Assembly (NCBI GenBank): GCA_963784195.1
Contig: CAWARA010000015.1
Span: forward strand, 166,334-230,333
Source of the DNA: an uncultured Acidobacteriota bacterium
GTDB lineage: Bacteria > Acidobacteriota > Vicinamibacteria > Vicinamibacterales > 2-12-FULL-66-21
Direction of reading: 5' to 3'
DNA: 64,000 nt
Shown piece after piece: positions 41,211 through 50,679 of this stretch. Both the position numbers and the translations under genes were made by a program. The notes below the pieces were generated by a model. That model was not told the DNA's origin and ran no database searches. It worked only from the letters and a program-made list of their open reading frames with translations. Each line of letters begins with the position of its first letter. The stretch's first letter is position 1.

Positions 41211-41795
41211 TTGACATCCCCAGACGTCCGAACCATGACAGCAGCCGAAGAGCGATTAGCCGTCGACACCATTGTTCTGGCGTTCGCCGCGGATCCGATG
41301 GCCCGCTGGAGCTGGCCGGATGCTCATCAGTATCTCGAAGGGATGGCGAAGCTGGCCCGTGCCTTCGGGAGCAACGCTTTTCATCATGAAGGAGCGCACT
41401 GCACGAATGGCTACGCGGGCGCCGCGTTATGGCTGGCGCCTGGTGTCCATCCCGACGAGGAAGCGCTCGAGGCGGTCGTGGCGACCACTGTGACGGGCGC
41501 GATCCGCGATGAAATGGCTGCCGTCTTCGAACGGATGGCAAAGCATCACCCCGTCGAGCCGCATTGGTACCTGCCATTAATCGGCGTGGACCCCATATAT
41601 CAGGGCAAGGGCCACGGCGATGCGCTGATGGCATACGCGCTGCAGCGGTGCGACCGCGATCATCTGCCCGCGTATCTCGAGTCGACCAATCCGCGGAACA
41701 TCTCCCTCTACAAGCGGCATGGGTTCGAAGCGCTCGGAACGATCCAGGTGGGTTCGTCGCCATCGCTGGTGCCGATGCTGCGGCGCGCGCGCTAG
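41211..41795 (+). CDS. GNAT acetyltransferase (puromycin N-acetyltransferase-like)
   Basis: AFAADP, HWYLPLIGVDP-x-YQGKGHG, AYLESTNPRN…YKRHGF. Confidence 0.9.
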   Translation: MTSPDVRTMTAAEERLAVDTIVLAFAADPMARWSWPDAHQYLEGMAKLARAFGSNAFHHEGAHCTNGYAGAALWLAPGVHPDEEALEAVVATTVTGAIRDEMAAVFERMAKHHPVEPHWYLPLIGVDPIYQGKGHGDALMAYALQRCDRDHLPAYLESTNPRNISLYKRHGFEALGTIQVGSSPSLVPMLRRAR

Positions 41796-41957
41796 TGGCC
41801 CGTCCACGCTGAAGAAGGACCACCTCGCGGGCGGGGCGTCCCGCCTGGCGGCGTTGCTCATCGCTCACATATGCCCAATATGCTCGCTCTTCGCGCCTAG
41901 CCAGCCGGGCGCCGCGCTCCGCGATCTGGTCCTTCTTCAGCGTGGACGGGCCACTAG
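41792..41957. mobile_element. MITE-like non-autonomous element, 166 bp, perfect 31-bp inverted ends including terminal CTAG
   Basis: CTAGTGGCCCGTCCACGCTGAAGAAGGACCA (41792-41822) and its exact reverse complement (41927-41957). Confidence 0.88.
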
Positions 41958-41975
41958 GTCACTTTGGCGCGTACA

Positions 41976-42776
41976 ATGGAGCGATTGGAAAGAACACAAG
42001 TCGACTCCGGACGCGAACGTCGCTTCGTCTTTGACGAGGTCGCCGATGTCTACGCACGCGCGAGGCCCAGCTACCCGGCGGCGCTGATCGACGACGTCAT
42101 CCGCGAGGCCAAACTGCGCCCAGGATCCAGAATCCTGGAGCTCGGATCGGGACCTGGTAACGCGACGGTCCTGTTCTCGGGCCGCGGGTTCCAGATCGTG
42201 TGTCTGGAGCCCGGCGGGCGGCTGGCCGCGTTGGCCCGGCGGCGAGTGGCGGCCAACCACGATACCCGGATCATCGCCACGACATTCGAGAACTGGCAGA
42301 TTGGCACCGAGCGTTTTGCGCTCGTCTTCGCCGCCCAATCGTTTCATTGGATGGACCCGGCGACTCGATTCTCGAAGGCCGCTCAGGCACTCGAACCCGA
42401 CGGCGCGCTCGCCGTCTTCGCGAATCGGGCGCTGCGAGGGACCGGTGCGATCGACCTCAGAATTCAGGAGGTCTACGAAGCGCATGCGCCGCACCTGGGC
42501 AGTGAAAGCCGCAGCCGGAACACGCGCGAGCATTTTCTCGAGTTGTTCGCCGACGCGCCGGAATTCAGAATGGCGGACTGCCACGAGTACCCGTGGCACG
42601 CCGAATATACCGCTGCTGAATACACGGACCTGGCCCAGACGCACTCGGATCACCGGATACTGCCGGCGTCACAACTGCGCGCGGTGCTGGACGGCACGCG
42701 CGCGGCAATCGAAGAGGGCGGCGGCACTTACGGCGTGGACTACCTGGCTGTCCTGTGCGTGGCGCATCGGATCTAA
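41976..42776 (+). CDS. Class I SAM-dependent methyltransferase
   Basis: FDEVADVYARARPSYP, ILELGSGPG, AAQSFHW. Confidence 0.9.
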   Translation: MERLERTQVDSGRERRFVFDEVADVYARARPSYPAALIDDVIREAKLRPGSRILELGSGPGNATVLFSGRGFQIVCLEPGGRLAALARRRVAANHDTRIIATTFENWQIGTERFALVFAAQSFHWMDPATRFSKAAQALEPDGALAVFANRALRGTGAIDLRIQEVYEAHAPHLGSESRSRNTREHFLELFADAPEFRMADCHEYPWHAEYTAAEYTDLAQTHSDHRILPASQLRAVLDGTRAAIEEGGGTYGVDYLAVLCVAHRI

Positions 42777-42905
42777 TCACTGTTGCTCGAATGGTTGCCC
42801 CACGCTGAAGCTTTTGAACTGCCGGATGCCGGGCACCTGTTGCATCTGCAGAATACGAAAGGACTGGCGGACGGCCTCGTCGCGTTCCTGGCGCGCCATC
42901 CTGTG
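42777..42905 (+). pseudogene. C-terminal remnant of an alpha/beta hydrolase
   Basis: WLPHAEAFELPDAGHLLHLQN…LVAFLARHP (catalytic His region only). Confidence 0.6.
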
Positions 42906-42945
42906 GCGTGCCGTCAACACGGAGGGAAGACCGGAGGATCCTGCT

Positions 42946-43323
42946 GTGAAAGAAGCGTTCATCAAACATGGAGCCAGCCGCGTGACCGATGACGATTTCA
43001 GGAAGGTGACCGAGCAGGCTGACGATATCAAACAGAAGTTTGCCGCCGGCGGGCCGCTCAGCCGCTTCTATCTGGACGGCAAGCTGCTGCTGGCCATGGT
43101 GGGGGACTACTACCGCGGCACGTATCGCTCGGTGCCTTACTGGGCCATCGCCGCCGTGGTGTTTGCCCTGCTCTATGTCCTGAATCCGTTCGACATCGTT
43201 CCCGACGTCGTCCCGCTGCTCGGATTCGTCGACGACGCCGCGCTGATGGGCGTGTGTCTGAGCATGATCGAGCAACAGTTGTACCAATACAAAGGATGGA
43301 AGGAATCGAGGAAGGAAGGATGA
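42946..43323 (+). CDS. YkvA/DUF1232 family protein
   Basis: GGAGGA SD, GTG; LLYVLNPFDIVPDVVPLLGFVDD. Confidence 0.9.
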   Translation: MKEAFIKHGASRVTDDDFRKVTEQADDIKQKFAAGGPLSRFYLDGKLLLAMVGDYYRGTYRSVPYWAIAAVVFALLYVLNPFDIVPDVVPLLGFVDDAALMGVCLSMIEQQLYQYKGWKESRKEG

Positions 43324-44356
43324 GGAGCGCGCGCATGTATCGGACCGTTACGATCGCCGCAGCCGTTCATTGCGGCTGGGGCGCTCGGCCTCGCTCAGGC
43401 GCCGCGAACGCACCGTCTGCAGGCCACGCCGGCGACGATCTCGTACGGCTATTACTGGCACGAAGCGGCTCCCGTCCTTCGCATTGCATCGGGCGACATC
43501 ATCGACGTCGATACGCTGCTCACGAACACGCCCAACCGGCTCGAGGCCTCGGGCGTGCCGCCCGACCAGATTCAACAGTCGCTCAGAACCATTGTCTCGG
43601 AAGTGACCGGCGACCGGCGAGGCCCCGGCGGCCACATCCTGACCGGTCCGGTGTTCATCGAAGGCGCCGAGCCAGGCGATGCGCTCGAGGTCAAGGTCCT
43701 GTCGATCGATCTGGCAATCGACTACGGCTACAACGGGTGCAGCGGGTTCATACCGTCGAACTGCGACAAATCGGTTCCCCAGAAAATCTTCAAGCTGGAC
43801 TCGAAGCGGATGACGTCCGAGTTCAAGCCGGGCATCGTCATCCCGCTGAAGCCGTTCTTCGGAAGCATGGGCGTGGCGCCTGCGTCAGAGCTCGGACGCG
43901 TCAGCAGCAACCCGCCTGGGAGACATGCCGGGAATCTCGACAACCGGCTGCTGGTCGCCGGAAGCACGCTCTTACATCCCCGTGTTCGTCCCTGGCGCGT
44001 TGTTCAGCGTGGGCGACGGTCATGCCGCGCAGGGCGATGGCGAGGTCGATCAGACCGCGATCGAAACGTCGCTGCGCGGAAAGCTGCAGCTGACCGTCCG
44101 GAAGGGCATGACGCTCACGTGGCCCCGCGCGGAGACCGCGACCGACTACATCGCCATGGCCACCGACGAGGATCTGAAGGTGGCGACGACGGTCGCGATC
44201 CAGGAGATGGTCGACTTCCTCGCAGCGTCAAAGAACATGACGAAACATGAGGCGTATCAGCTGGTCAGCATCGCCGGGCACGTAGCGATCACGCAGCTGG
44301 TCGATCGGCCGGTCTACGGCGTCCACGTCACCATGGCCAAGAGCATTTTCAAGTAG
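43320..44356 (+). CDS. Acetamidase/formamidase family, exported (two +1 frameshifts near 43365 and 43970)
   Basis: HILTGPVFIEGAEPGD, PFFGSMGVAP, GNLDN, GDGHAAQGDGEV. Confidence 0.88.
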
Positions 44357-44378
44357 TCTGCGCATACAATCCATTTTC

Positions 44379-47300
44379 ATGACTCAACGAGTCCGCGCTA
44401 TTCCCTCCATTCTCATAACGTTTTTCGTTCTCGGTCTTGTGCCGCTCGCCGGACAGCCGGCGCGGCAAAACGGCAGCCGCCCGTCCGAGACCGACCTGGC
44501 CAACGCGCGGCCCGGACGCGATCCGAACCAGCCGATCGACGAGGAGTACACGAAGAAGATCAAGCAATACACGACCGAGACCTTCTTCCTTTCACCGCTC
44601 GTCGACTACATGCCGGCGTCGAAGACGGTGCCGACCCCGAAAGCGGTTCTCGGCGATATCGCGGGCGCGGAGGGAAAGCTTCCGTACACGAAAGAGATCT
44701 ACGAATACATGCGGCTGCTCGCGAAGTCGACGCCGCGAGTGAAGGTCTACACGATTGGCACGTCCGAGGAAGGCCGCGAGATGCTGGCGGTTGCCGTGGC
44801 GTCGGAAGCGCTGATGGCGCGGCTGGACGAGAACAAGGCGGACCTCGCGAAGCTGGCCGATCCGCGCACGCTGAAGATGGACGATACGGCGGCTGATGTG
44901 ATTGCACGGCGCGCCGCGCCCGTCTATTACATCACCGGCACGATCCACTCGACCGAGGCGGGCGCGCCGACAGCGCTCATGGAGCTGGCGTACCGGCTGG
45001 CGGTCGACGACAGCGCCTACGTCCGCAATATCCGCGAGCGCGTCATCACGCTGATCACTCCGGTCGTCGAGCCTGACGGCCGGGACCGCGTCGTCGATGT
45101 CTACGAGTACCCGGAAGAAGAATCCGAAGAGCACGCCGATGAGCCCGGTTTATTGGGGGCACTACGTCGCGCACGACAACAACCGCGACGCGATGGCGCT
45201 GACGCTCAAGCTTTCGCAGAACATCCTGAACACCTACCTCGGTTGGAAAGCGCAGGTACTGCACGATCTGCACGAGTCGGGATCGTTTCTCTACGACAAC
45301 ACGATCGGCAACGGTCCGTACAACGCGTGGCTCGACCCTCTCCTCACCAACGAGTGGCATCTGATCGGCTGGAACAACGTGAACGAGATGACGCGCATGG
45401 GGATGCCAGGCGTCTACGCGTGGGGCACTTTCGATACGTGGTCACCGGGGTACCTGATGTTCATGGCGGCCACGCACAATGGGATCAGCCGCTTGTACGA
45501 GACGTTCGGCAACAGCGGCAGCGCCGACACAGAAGAGCGGACCCTCTCGGACAACGAGACGTCACGCACGTGGTTCCGGCAGAATCCGCCAATATCTCGC
45601 GAGTGCGCTGGTCGCTGCGGAACAACAACAACTACGAGATGACCGGGCTGCTGGTCTCGCTCAATCATTTCGCGACCAACCGCGTGTACTTCCTCCGCAA
45701 CTTCTACGAGAAGAGCAAGCGCTCCATCCTGAAGTCACGGGTCGAGGGTCCGGCTGCCTATGTATTCCCGGCCAACGATCCGCGTCCTGGCGCGCAGGCG
45801 GAGTTGCTGCGCGTGCTGCAGAAGCAGGCGGTCGAGATCTCGCGGGCGCCGGCGGCGTTCACGGTCAACATGCCGTCGCGCCCTTCGGCGTCGGGGCGTG
45901 GCGGACGGGGCGGCCGCGGCGGTGGCGGCGACGGACAAGCGGACGGCAACAGCGGCGAGGCACCCGCGCCGGATCCCAAGACGACGACCCGTGAGTTTCC
46001 GGCTGGCAGCTATATCGTGCGCATGGATCAGCCCTATTCACGCATCGCCGACGCGCTGCTCGACTATCAATACTGGGCGCCGAACGATCCGCAGACACGG
46101 CCCGTACGACGACACGGGCTGGACATTTCCCGAAGGCTTTGCGGTCCAGGCAGCGCGGGTCATGGACGTCAAAGTGCTCGACGTGCCGGTCGAGCGCGTG
46201 GCCGTTGACGTGAAGGCGCCGAGCGGCGTAACGGGCCAGGGCGGCCTGTTCGCGATCAACCACAACGCGGACAACGCGCTCATCACGTTGCGATACCGAC
46301 TCAAGGGCGCGGACATTCAGATGGCCGAGGAGCCATTCGAGGCGAACGGGACGAAGTTCGCACGCGGGTCGTTCATCATCAAGGGTGTCTCGCAGGGTGA
46401 GCTCGACAAGGCCGTGGGTGAGCTCGGACTGCGGGCGCACGCGCTGGCTGCCGCACCGAATGTCAAGGCCCACCCGGCTCGCGCCGCGCGCGTCGCGATC
46501 CTGCACTCGTGGACGAACACGCAGACGGAAGGCTGGTGGCGTCAGGCCTTCGACTTCAACGGGATCCCGTACCAGGTACATCGATCCGCAGACGATTCGG
46601 AATACGCCGGATTTGCGGGCGAAGTACGACGTCATCATCTTCGGTCCGGGAGGGAACCAGGGGGTCGTCACCGGTTTGCCGCTGTGGCGGACGCCGATCC
46701 CGTATCGCAATTCACCGGAGACCCCGAACATCGGCACGTGGGCGCAGACCGACGACACGCGCATCGGCATGGGGCTCGAAGGGGTGACGAACCTGCGCAC
46801 GTTCATCGAAGCGGGCGGGGTGTACATCGGAGCGAACAGCTCTGCGGAGTTTGCGATCACCAACAACTTCACCTACGGCGTCAGTGCGAACACGCCGAGC
46901 GCCGCAAGCCGCGTCGTCGGCTCGCTGCTGCGGACGAAGCTCGTCGATTCGGCGAGCCCGATCGTCTACGGCGTTCCCGACAACCTCGCGATGTACAGCG
47001 ACAACGGGAGCAGTTTCAGCGTCAGCGCGAATGTCGGCGGAGGCGGACGTGGTGGTGGGGGAGGTGGCGGAGGCGGTGGCGGCGGACGCGGCGGCGGCCG
47101 TGGAAGCCGTCCGACCGGACGCGGCACGCCCGACGATCCTGACATCGTGCAAGGACGCCCGGCGCTCGAAGGCACGAACCTCAGCCCGCTGCCAGAACCA
47201 GTCACTGTGCAGCCGTGGCAATACGCGCTGCCGACCGAGGAGCAGTTGAGGCGAAATCCTGCGACGCTGATTCCGCCGCAATTCCGCCCGCGTGTCGCCG

Positions 47301-47530
47301 TGCGTTTCGACGCGCAGAATTCGCTGCTCGTGTCCGGCCTGCTCGACGGCGGCGCCGACATCGCCCAGCGCCCAGTCGTGGTGGACGTGCCGCTCGGGAA
47401 GGGCCACGTCGTGCTGTTCGCCAACAACCCCATCTGGCGCGGCGAGACGATTGGCAGCTATTTCCTGGTGTTCAACACCATTCTGAATTTCGACAACCTC
47501 GACGCCGGCCGGACGCTGGATCCGAGATGA
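44379..47530 (+). CDS. Large exported M14-type zinc carboxypeptidase (frameshifts near 45110, 45595, 46100, 46575)
   Basis: IGTSEEGR, IHSTE, HDNNRD, HDLHE, PYDDTGWT; continuity over four ORF-track ORFs. Confidence 0.85.
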
Positions 47531-47531
47531 T

Positions 47532-47555
47532 GTAGCGTCCGGCTTCAGCCGGACC
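47532..47555 (+). repeat. GTAG-type REP-like hairpin
   Basis: GTAG-C-GTCCGGCT-TC-AGCCGGAC-C, 1 nt after a stop codon. Confidence 0.85.
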
Positions 47556-47585
47556 CCCTTCGGACCCCCTTGCACTGGAGACCGC

Positions 47586-47822
47586 CTGACAGATCTCCTG
47601 ACCCGAATCGGCGTAGCGGGCGGGGCGTCCGGTCTTGCCTCGTTCCTTCTGCCCGTTCCCGCAGCCGTTGCGGCTGGCCTGCTCTGCGCCAATTGTGTCG
47701 CTGAGTTGCAGCGTTCCAAGCGATCGGGCGAGCCGTTCTCGTGGCAGCGGGCGCTGACCTATGGGTCGATCGCTGCGGCGGTCGCGTATGTCGTGCTGAC
47801 GTTTCTGTATGCCGGACGATGA
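47586..47822 (+). CDS. Small membrane protein (CTG start or 5'-truncated), missing from the ORF track
   Basis: 78 sense codons: LTDLLTRIGVAGGASGLASFLLPVPAAVAAGLL…WQRALTYGSIAAAVAYVVLTFLYAGR*. Confidence 0.45.
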   Translation: MTDLLTRIGVAGGASGLASFLLPVPAAVAAGLLCANCVAELQRSKRSGEPFSWQRALTYGSIAAAVAYVVLTFLYAGR

Positions 47823-47898
47823 GCGGAAATCCGCTATAGCATAGGATCCAGGACGGTCCATGCCGACGCCCGTGAGTCCATTACCCGGAGGAGCAGAG

Positions 47899-48075
47899 AT
47901 GACCTTTCATCCGAAGGGCCTGATGGCGCTGGTGGCTTTCGCCGTGATTCTGTTGCTGGCGCTCAACTCGTCGATTGTGCCGGTCGTCATTGCAGCCGGC
48001 ATCGTGCTCGAAGTGCTCTTGTGGCGCGGGGTGTTTGGCTTCGGGCGGTCAGCTCGCAGTGACCAGTCACGCTGA
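47899..48075 (+). CDS. Small two-TM membrane protein (58 aa)
   Basis: GGAGGAG SD; strongly hydrophobic. Confidence 0.65.
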   Translation: MTFHPKGLMALVAFAVILLLALNSSIVPVVIAAGIVLEVLLWRGVFGFGRSARSDQSR

Positions 48076-48127
48076 GGATTCGCGTCCACTAGGTAGCCGT
48101 TTGCCCTGCCCTTGAACCAGTGAGATC

Positions 48128-48334
48128 ATGAGGCGTCAGATGATCCAATACCTTCTCTATCTGATCGCCAAGGTGCGCCGGCGGCCGTGGCCGCCGTATT
48201 CCCCCGACGATCCCTTTGTCGGCGTGCGCCAGCCGATACAACGGGGTCCGGGGGGCCGCAGTGCGTCGGTTGCGGTTTCTGAACCCGACCCGCCCGTGCG
48301 AGTGCGCGCTGTCGCAACGCCGCACGAACGATGA
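48128..48334 (+). CDS. Small Pro/Arg-rich hypothetical protein
   Basis: 68-aa ORF, PDDPFVGVRQP…GPGGRSASVAVSEP. Confidence 0.5.
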   Translation: MRRQMIQYLLYLIAKVRRRPWPPYSPDDPFVGVRQPIQRGPGGRSASVAVSEPDPPVRVRAVATPHER

Positions 48335-48433
48335 CCTTTCCGCGCCCGGCCCGTTCGCAGCACATCGCGCGCTGCCGTGGCCGCTGCCCGTCGCTCGTTG
48401 AGGCTGTTGGGACGTGCGTTAGCGGGTAGATAG

Positions 48434-48910
48434 ATGCCCTATACCGTCAGGGTCGAGCAGGTTGCGTCGATTCCGACCGCTGTGGTTCGACGACGAGCGC
48501 AGTTGAGCGAACTGTCGCATGTCGTACCGCAGGCCTGCGGCATCGTCTGGGACGTGCTTAGGGCGCGATCGGTTCAAGGTGCCCAGCGCCACGTAGCTCT
48601 GTACCTCGACGGCGAGATCAACCTGGAAGTGGGCGTAGAGCTGGATGGCGGGACGTCGTTTGCGGGTGACGGCGAGGTCGTGCGCTCGGCTATGCCCGGT
48701 GGAACGGTCGCCACAGCGGTGCATATCGGGCCTTACAGCGGCCTTCACGAAGCACACGCTGCCATCCGCACGTGGTGCACGGATCACCGTTGCGCTCTGG
48801 CTGGACCCAACTGGGAAATCTACGGTCATTGGCTCGAGGATGAGACGCAGCTTCGCACGGATGTGTTCTATCTCTTGAGGAACACCATGCACAGCAGTGT
48901 TTCGCCGTGA
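48434..48910 (+). CDS. GyrI-like small-molecule binding protein
   Basis: ATAVHIGPYSGL…AH…WEIY…RTDVFY. Confidence 0.88.
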   Translation: MPYTVRVEQVASIPTAVVRRRAQLSELSHVVPQACGIVWDVLRARSVQGAQRHVALYLDGEINLEVGVELDGGTSFAGDGEVVRSAMPGGTVATAVHIGPYSGLHEAHAAIRTWCTDHRCALAGPNWEIYGHWLEDETQLRTDVFYLLRNTMHSSVSP

Positions 48911-49239
48911 AGTCCGTGTCCGAGATCGATGCCGTGCGGAAGCAGGGGATCCTGTCGTCGCTGGCAGGCTTTCCAATTCTGTTGGTGTTCGGCATCGCCT
49001 GGATTGCTGCTGGATCGCTGAGCTTCGTCGTCCCGCCGAATTTCGTTCTGTGGGTCTACAAGACGACGATCTATCTGGTTCTTGGAATCATCGTGGCCGT
49101 GGGTCCTTTTGCGCTCGCGGTGCTCTTCGGCCGGCGCTCGATGCACTACACCGGGTTTTTCGTCGGAAGCGTGCTGCTGATCGGCGCATGGCTCGTGCGC
49201 GCTCATGCGCGGGCAGTGTGGGTGGCATCACGAAAGTGA
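48907..49239 (+). CDS. Small membrane protein, possibly internally deleted
   Basis: GTGA overlaps at both ends; 3-4 TM segments. Confidence 0.6.
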   Translation: MKSVSEIDAVRKQGILSSLAGFPILLVFGIAWIAAGSLSFVVPPNFVLWVYKTTIYLVLGIIVAVGPFALAVLFGRRSMHYTGFFVGSVLLIGAWLVRAHARAVWVASRK

Positions 49240-49715
49240 GCTCGCGACTTGTTGCGGACGTGCGGCCGCCTGGCACTCAGCTGGCCGGTTTCATCGCTCG
49301 CTTCAACCCGGCGATCGCGAAGCTGGTACGGGCCGCTCGTGTCAGGCTCCGCAAACGGCTGCCGACGGCCGTCGAGCTCGTCTACGATAATTACAACGCG
49401 TTGGCCATTGGCTACGGGCCAAACGAGCGAACATCGGAGGCGATCGTCTCGCTGGCGGTTTACGCGCGCGGCGTGAACCTGTACTTCCTCGACGGTGCGC
49501 ATCTGCCGGATCCTGAAGGCGTCCTGCAAGGGAGCGGAAACCGCGGACGATTCGTCCGGCTGACGGATGCGGCGATGATCGATTCGCCGACGATTGTCAG
49601 GCTGCTGCGTGCGGCGGTCGATGAGGCGGATTCGCCGTTTTCTTCGACCGGCCGCGTACGCACGGTGATCAAATCTGTGTCCGCCAGGCAACGCGCCAGG
49701 CGGCCGCAACTGTAG
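49236..49715 (+). CDS. DUF1801-like protein
   Basis: ELVYDNYNALAIGY, GVNLYF, LPDPEGVLQGSG. Confidence 0.8.
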   Translation: MSSRLVADVRPPGTQLAGFIARFNPAIAKLVRAARVRLRKRLPTAVELVYDNYNALAIGYGPNERTSEAIVSLAVYARGVNLYFLDGAHLPDPEGVLQGSGNRGRFVRLTDAAMIDSPTIVRLLRAAVDEADSPFSSTGRVRTVIKSVSARQRARRPQL

Positions 49716-49740
49716 CCTCATCTGGCATTGATTCAGCGTC

Positions 49741-50283
49741 ATGGGTGTTCTTCCGATCCTTGCGCTCGTGCTCACGACGGGTGTCGCGTCTCAAGCCCTT
49801 CCGCCGCCCCGGGATGGAGATATCCGTGCGTTGTATTGGGAGCTCAGGAACGAAACCGAAATCTGGCTGACGCTCGAGCCAAGGTCCCCCGACGGGAATC
49901 CGGCTCCGCAGGCGATGACGTTGACGTTCACGCGCAGGTTCCCGGGCAAGTGGCCGGACAAACAGCCGCCGCGTTTCGAGATTCGCACCGATGCCGGGCT
50001 CTTGTGGAATCCGAAGAACGAACTCTGGATCGCGATTGACGGTGGGGAGAAAGTCGACTTCGTGGGGAAGAATCCCTTCGGTCCGACGAGCGGTGAGTAC
50101 TCGACGTACGTGGCTGCGGAGATACCGGTTGCCACGATCGCCAGGCTCGCACAGGCGTCACGGGTGACCGGCGACGCGCTCGGGTTCGAGTTCGAGCTGA
50201 CCGCGTCACAACGGCAGGCGGTGCGCGAGTTCTTCCAGCGGGCGATGTCTGACAACCCGGCGCGCCTGCCGCGCGACCGGTGA
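49741..50283 (+). CDS. Exported hypothetical protein
   Basis: Signal MGVLPILALVLTTGVASQA. Confidence 0.7.
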   Translation: MGVLPILALVLTTGVASQALPPPRDGDIRALYWELRNETEIWLTLEPRSPDGNPAPQAMTLTFTRRFPGKWPDKQPPRFEIRTDAGLLWNPKNELWIAIDGGEKVDFVGKNPFGPTSGEYSTYVAAEIPVATIARLAQASRVTGDALGFEFELTASQRQAVREFFQRAMSDNPARLPRDR

Positions 50284-50463
50284 TGCAGGATCCGTCGATG
50301 TTCGAGACGGATGGCCGAAGCGAAGCGCTTCTTACTGCCACCAGTCATTTCGTCACGTCCCGTCGTCGGCGAGTGCATCTGCTGTTTGGCAGCACTACCT
50401 TCGTGTGTGCCGCGACTGGCGCGATTGGTATGTGTCGCCATCGCGGGGACCATCGCGGCATGA

Positions 50464-50592
50464 CAGGAGATCAAGAGATCAGGAGCTCAGTGGATCCAAG
50501 CATCAGGAGTGCGACTGCATTTGCTCCAGTTGAGCGGCGGCAAGTTTAATGGTGCATGAGGAGGAACGGCCACTCAAACTCCTGATCTCCTG
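50464..50592. repeat. CAGGAGAT octamer repeats with an inverted partner
   Basis: CAGGAGAT CAAGAGAT CAGGAG (50464-50485) and CTCCTGATCTCCTG (50579-50592). Confidence 0.7.
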
Positions 50593-50644
50593 CCCTCGTG
50601 TTCGTCTTCCGGCGCCCGGTTCACGAACTATTCAAGGTCGACAA

Positions 50645-50673
50645 TCCGGGGCTGCTGAAAAGCCGGACGCTAC
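50645..50673 (-). repeat. Degenerate GTAG-type REP copy
   Basis: Minus strand GTAGCGTCCGGCT…, 6 nt after the ADOP stop codon. Confidence 0.65.
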
Positions 50674-50679
50674 GACAGG

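Noticed and set aside
37239..41795. Antibiotic-resistance cluster (beta-lactamase-like and puromycin acetyltransferase-like genes)
   Set aside because: Only superfamily-level similarity; substrate cannot be inferred from sequence
44379..47530. Programmed frameshifting or true pseudogenes
   Set aside because: No slippery heptamers or in-frame stops; uniform +1 insertions across unrelated genes point to sequencing error
1..50300. Integron cassette array, suggested by many small co-oriented accessory genes
   Set aside because: No integrase; isolated TAAC/GTTAG words (5941, 9173, 48418) do not pair into attC hairpins
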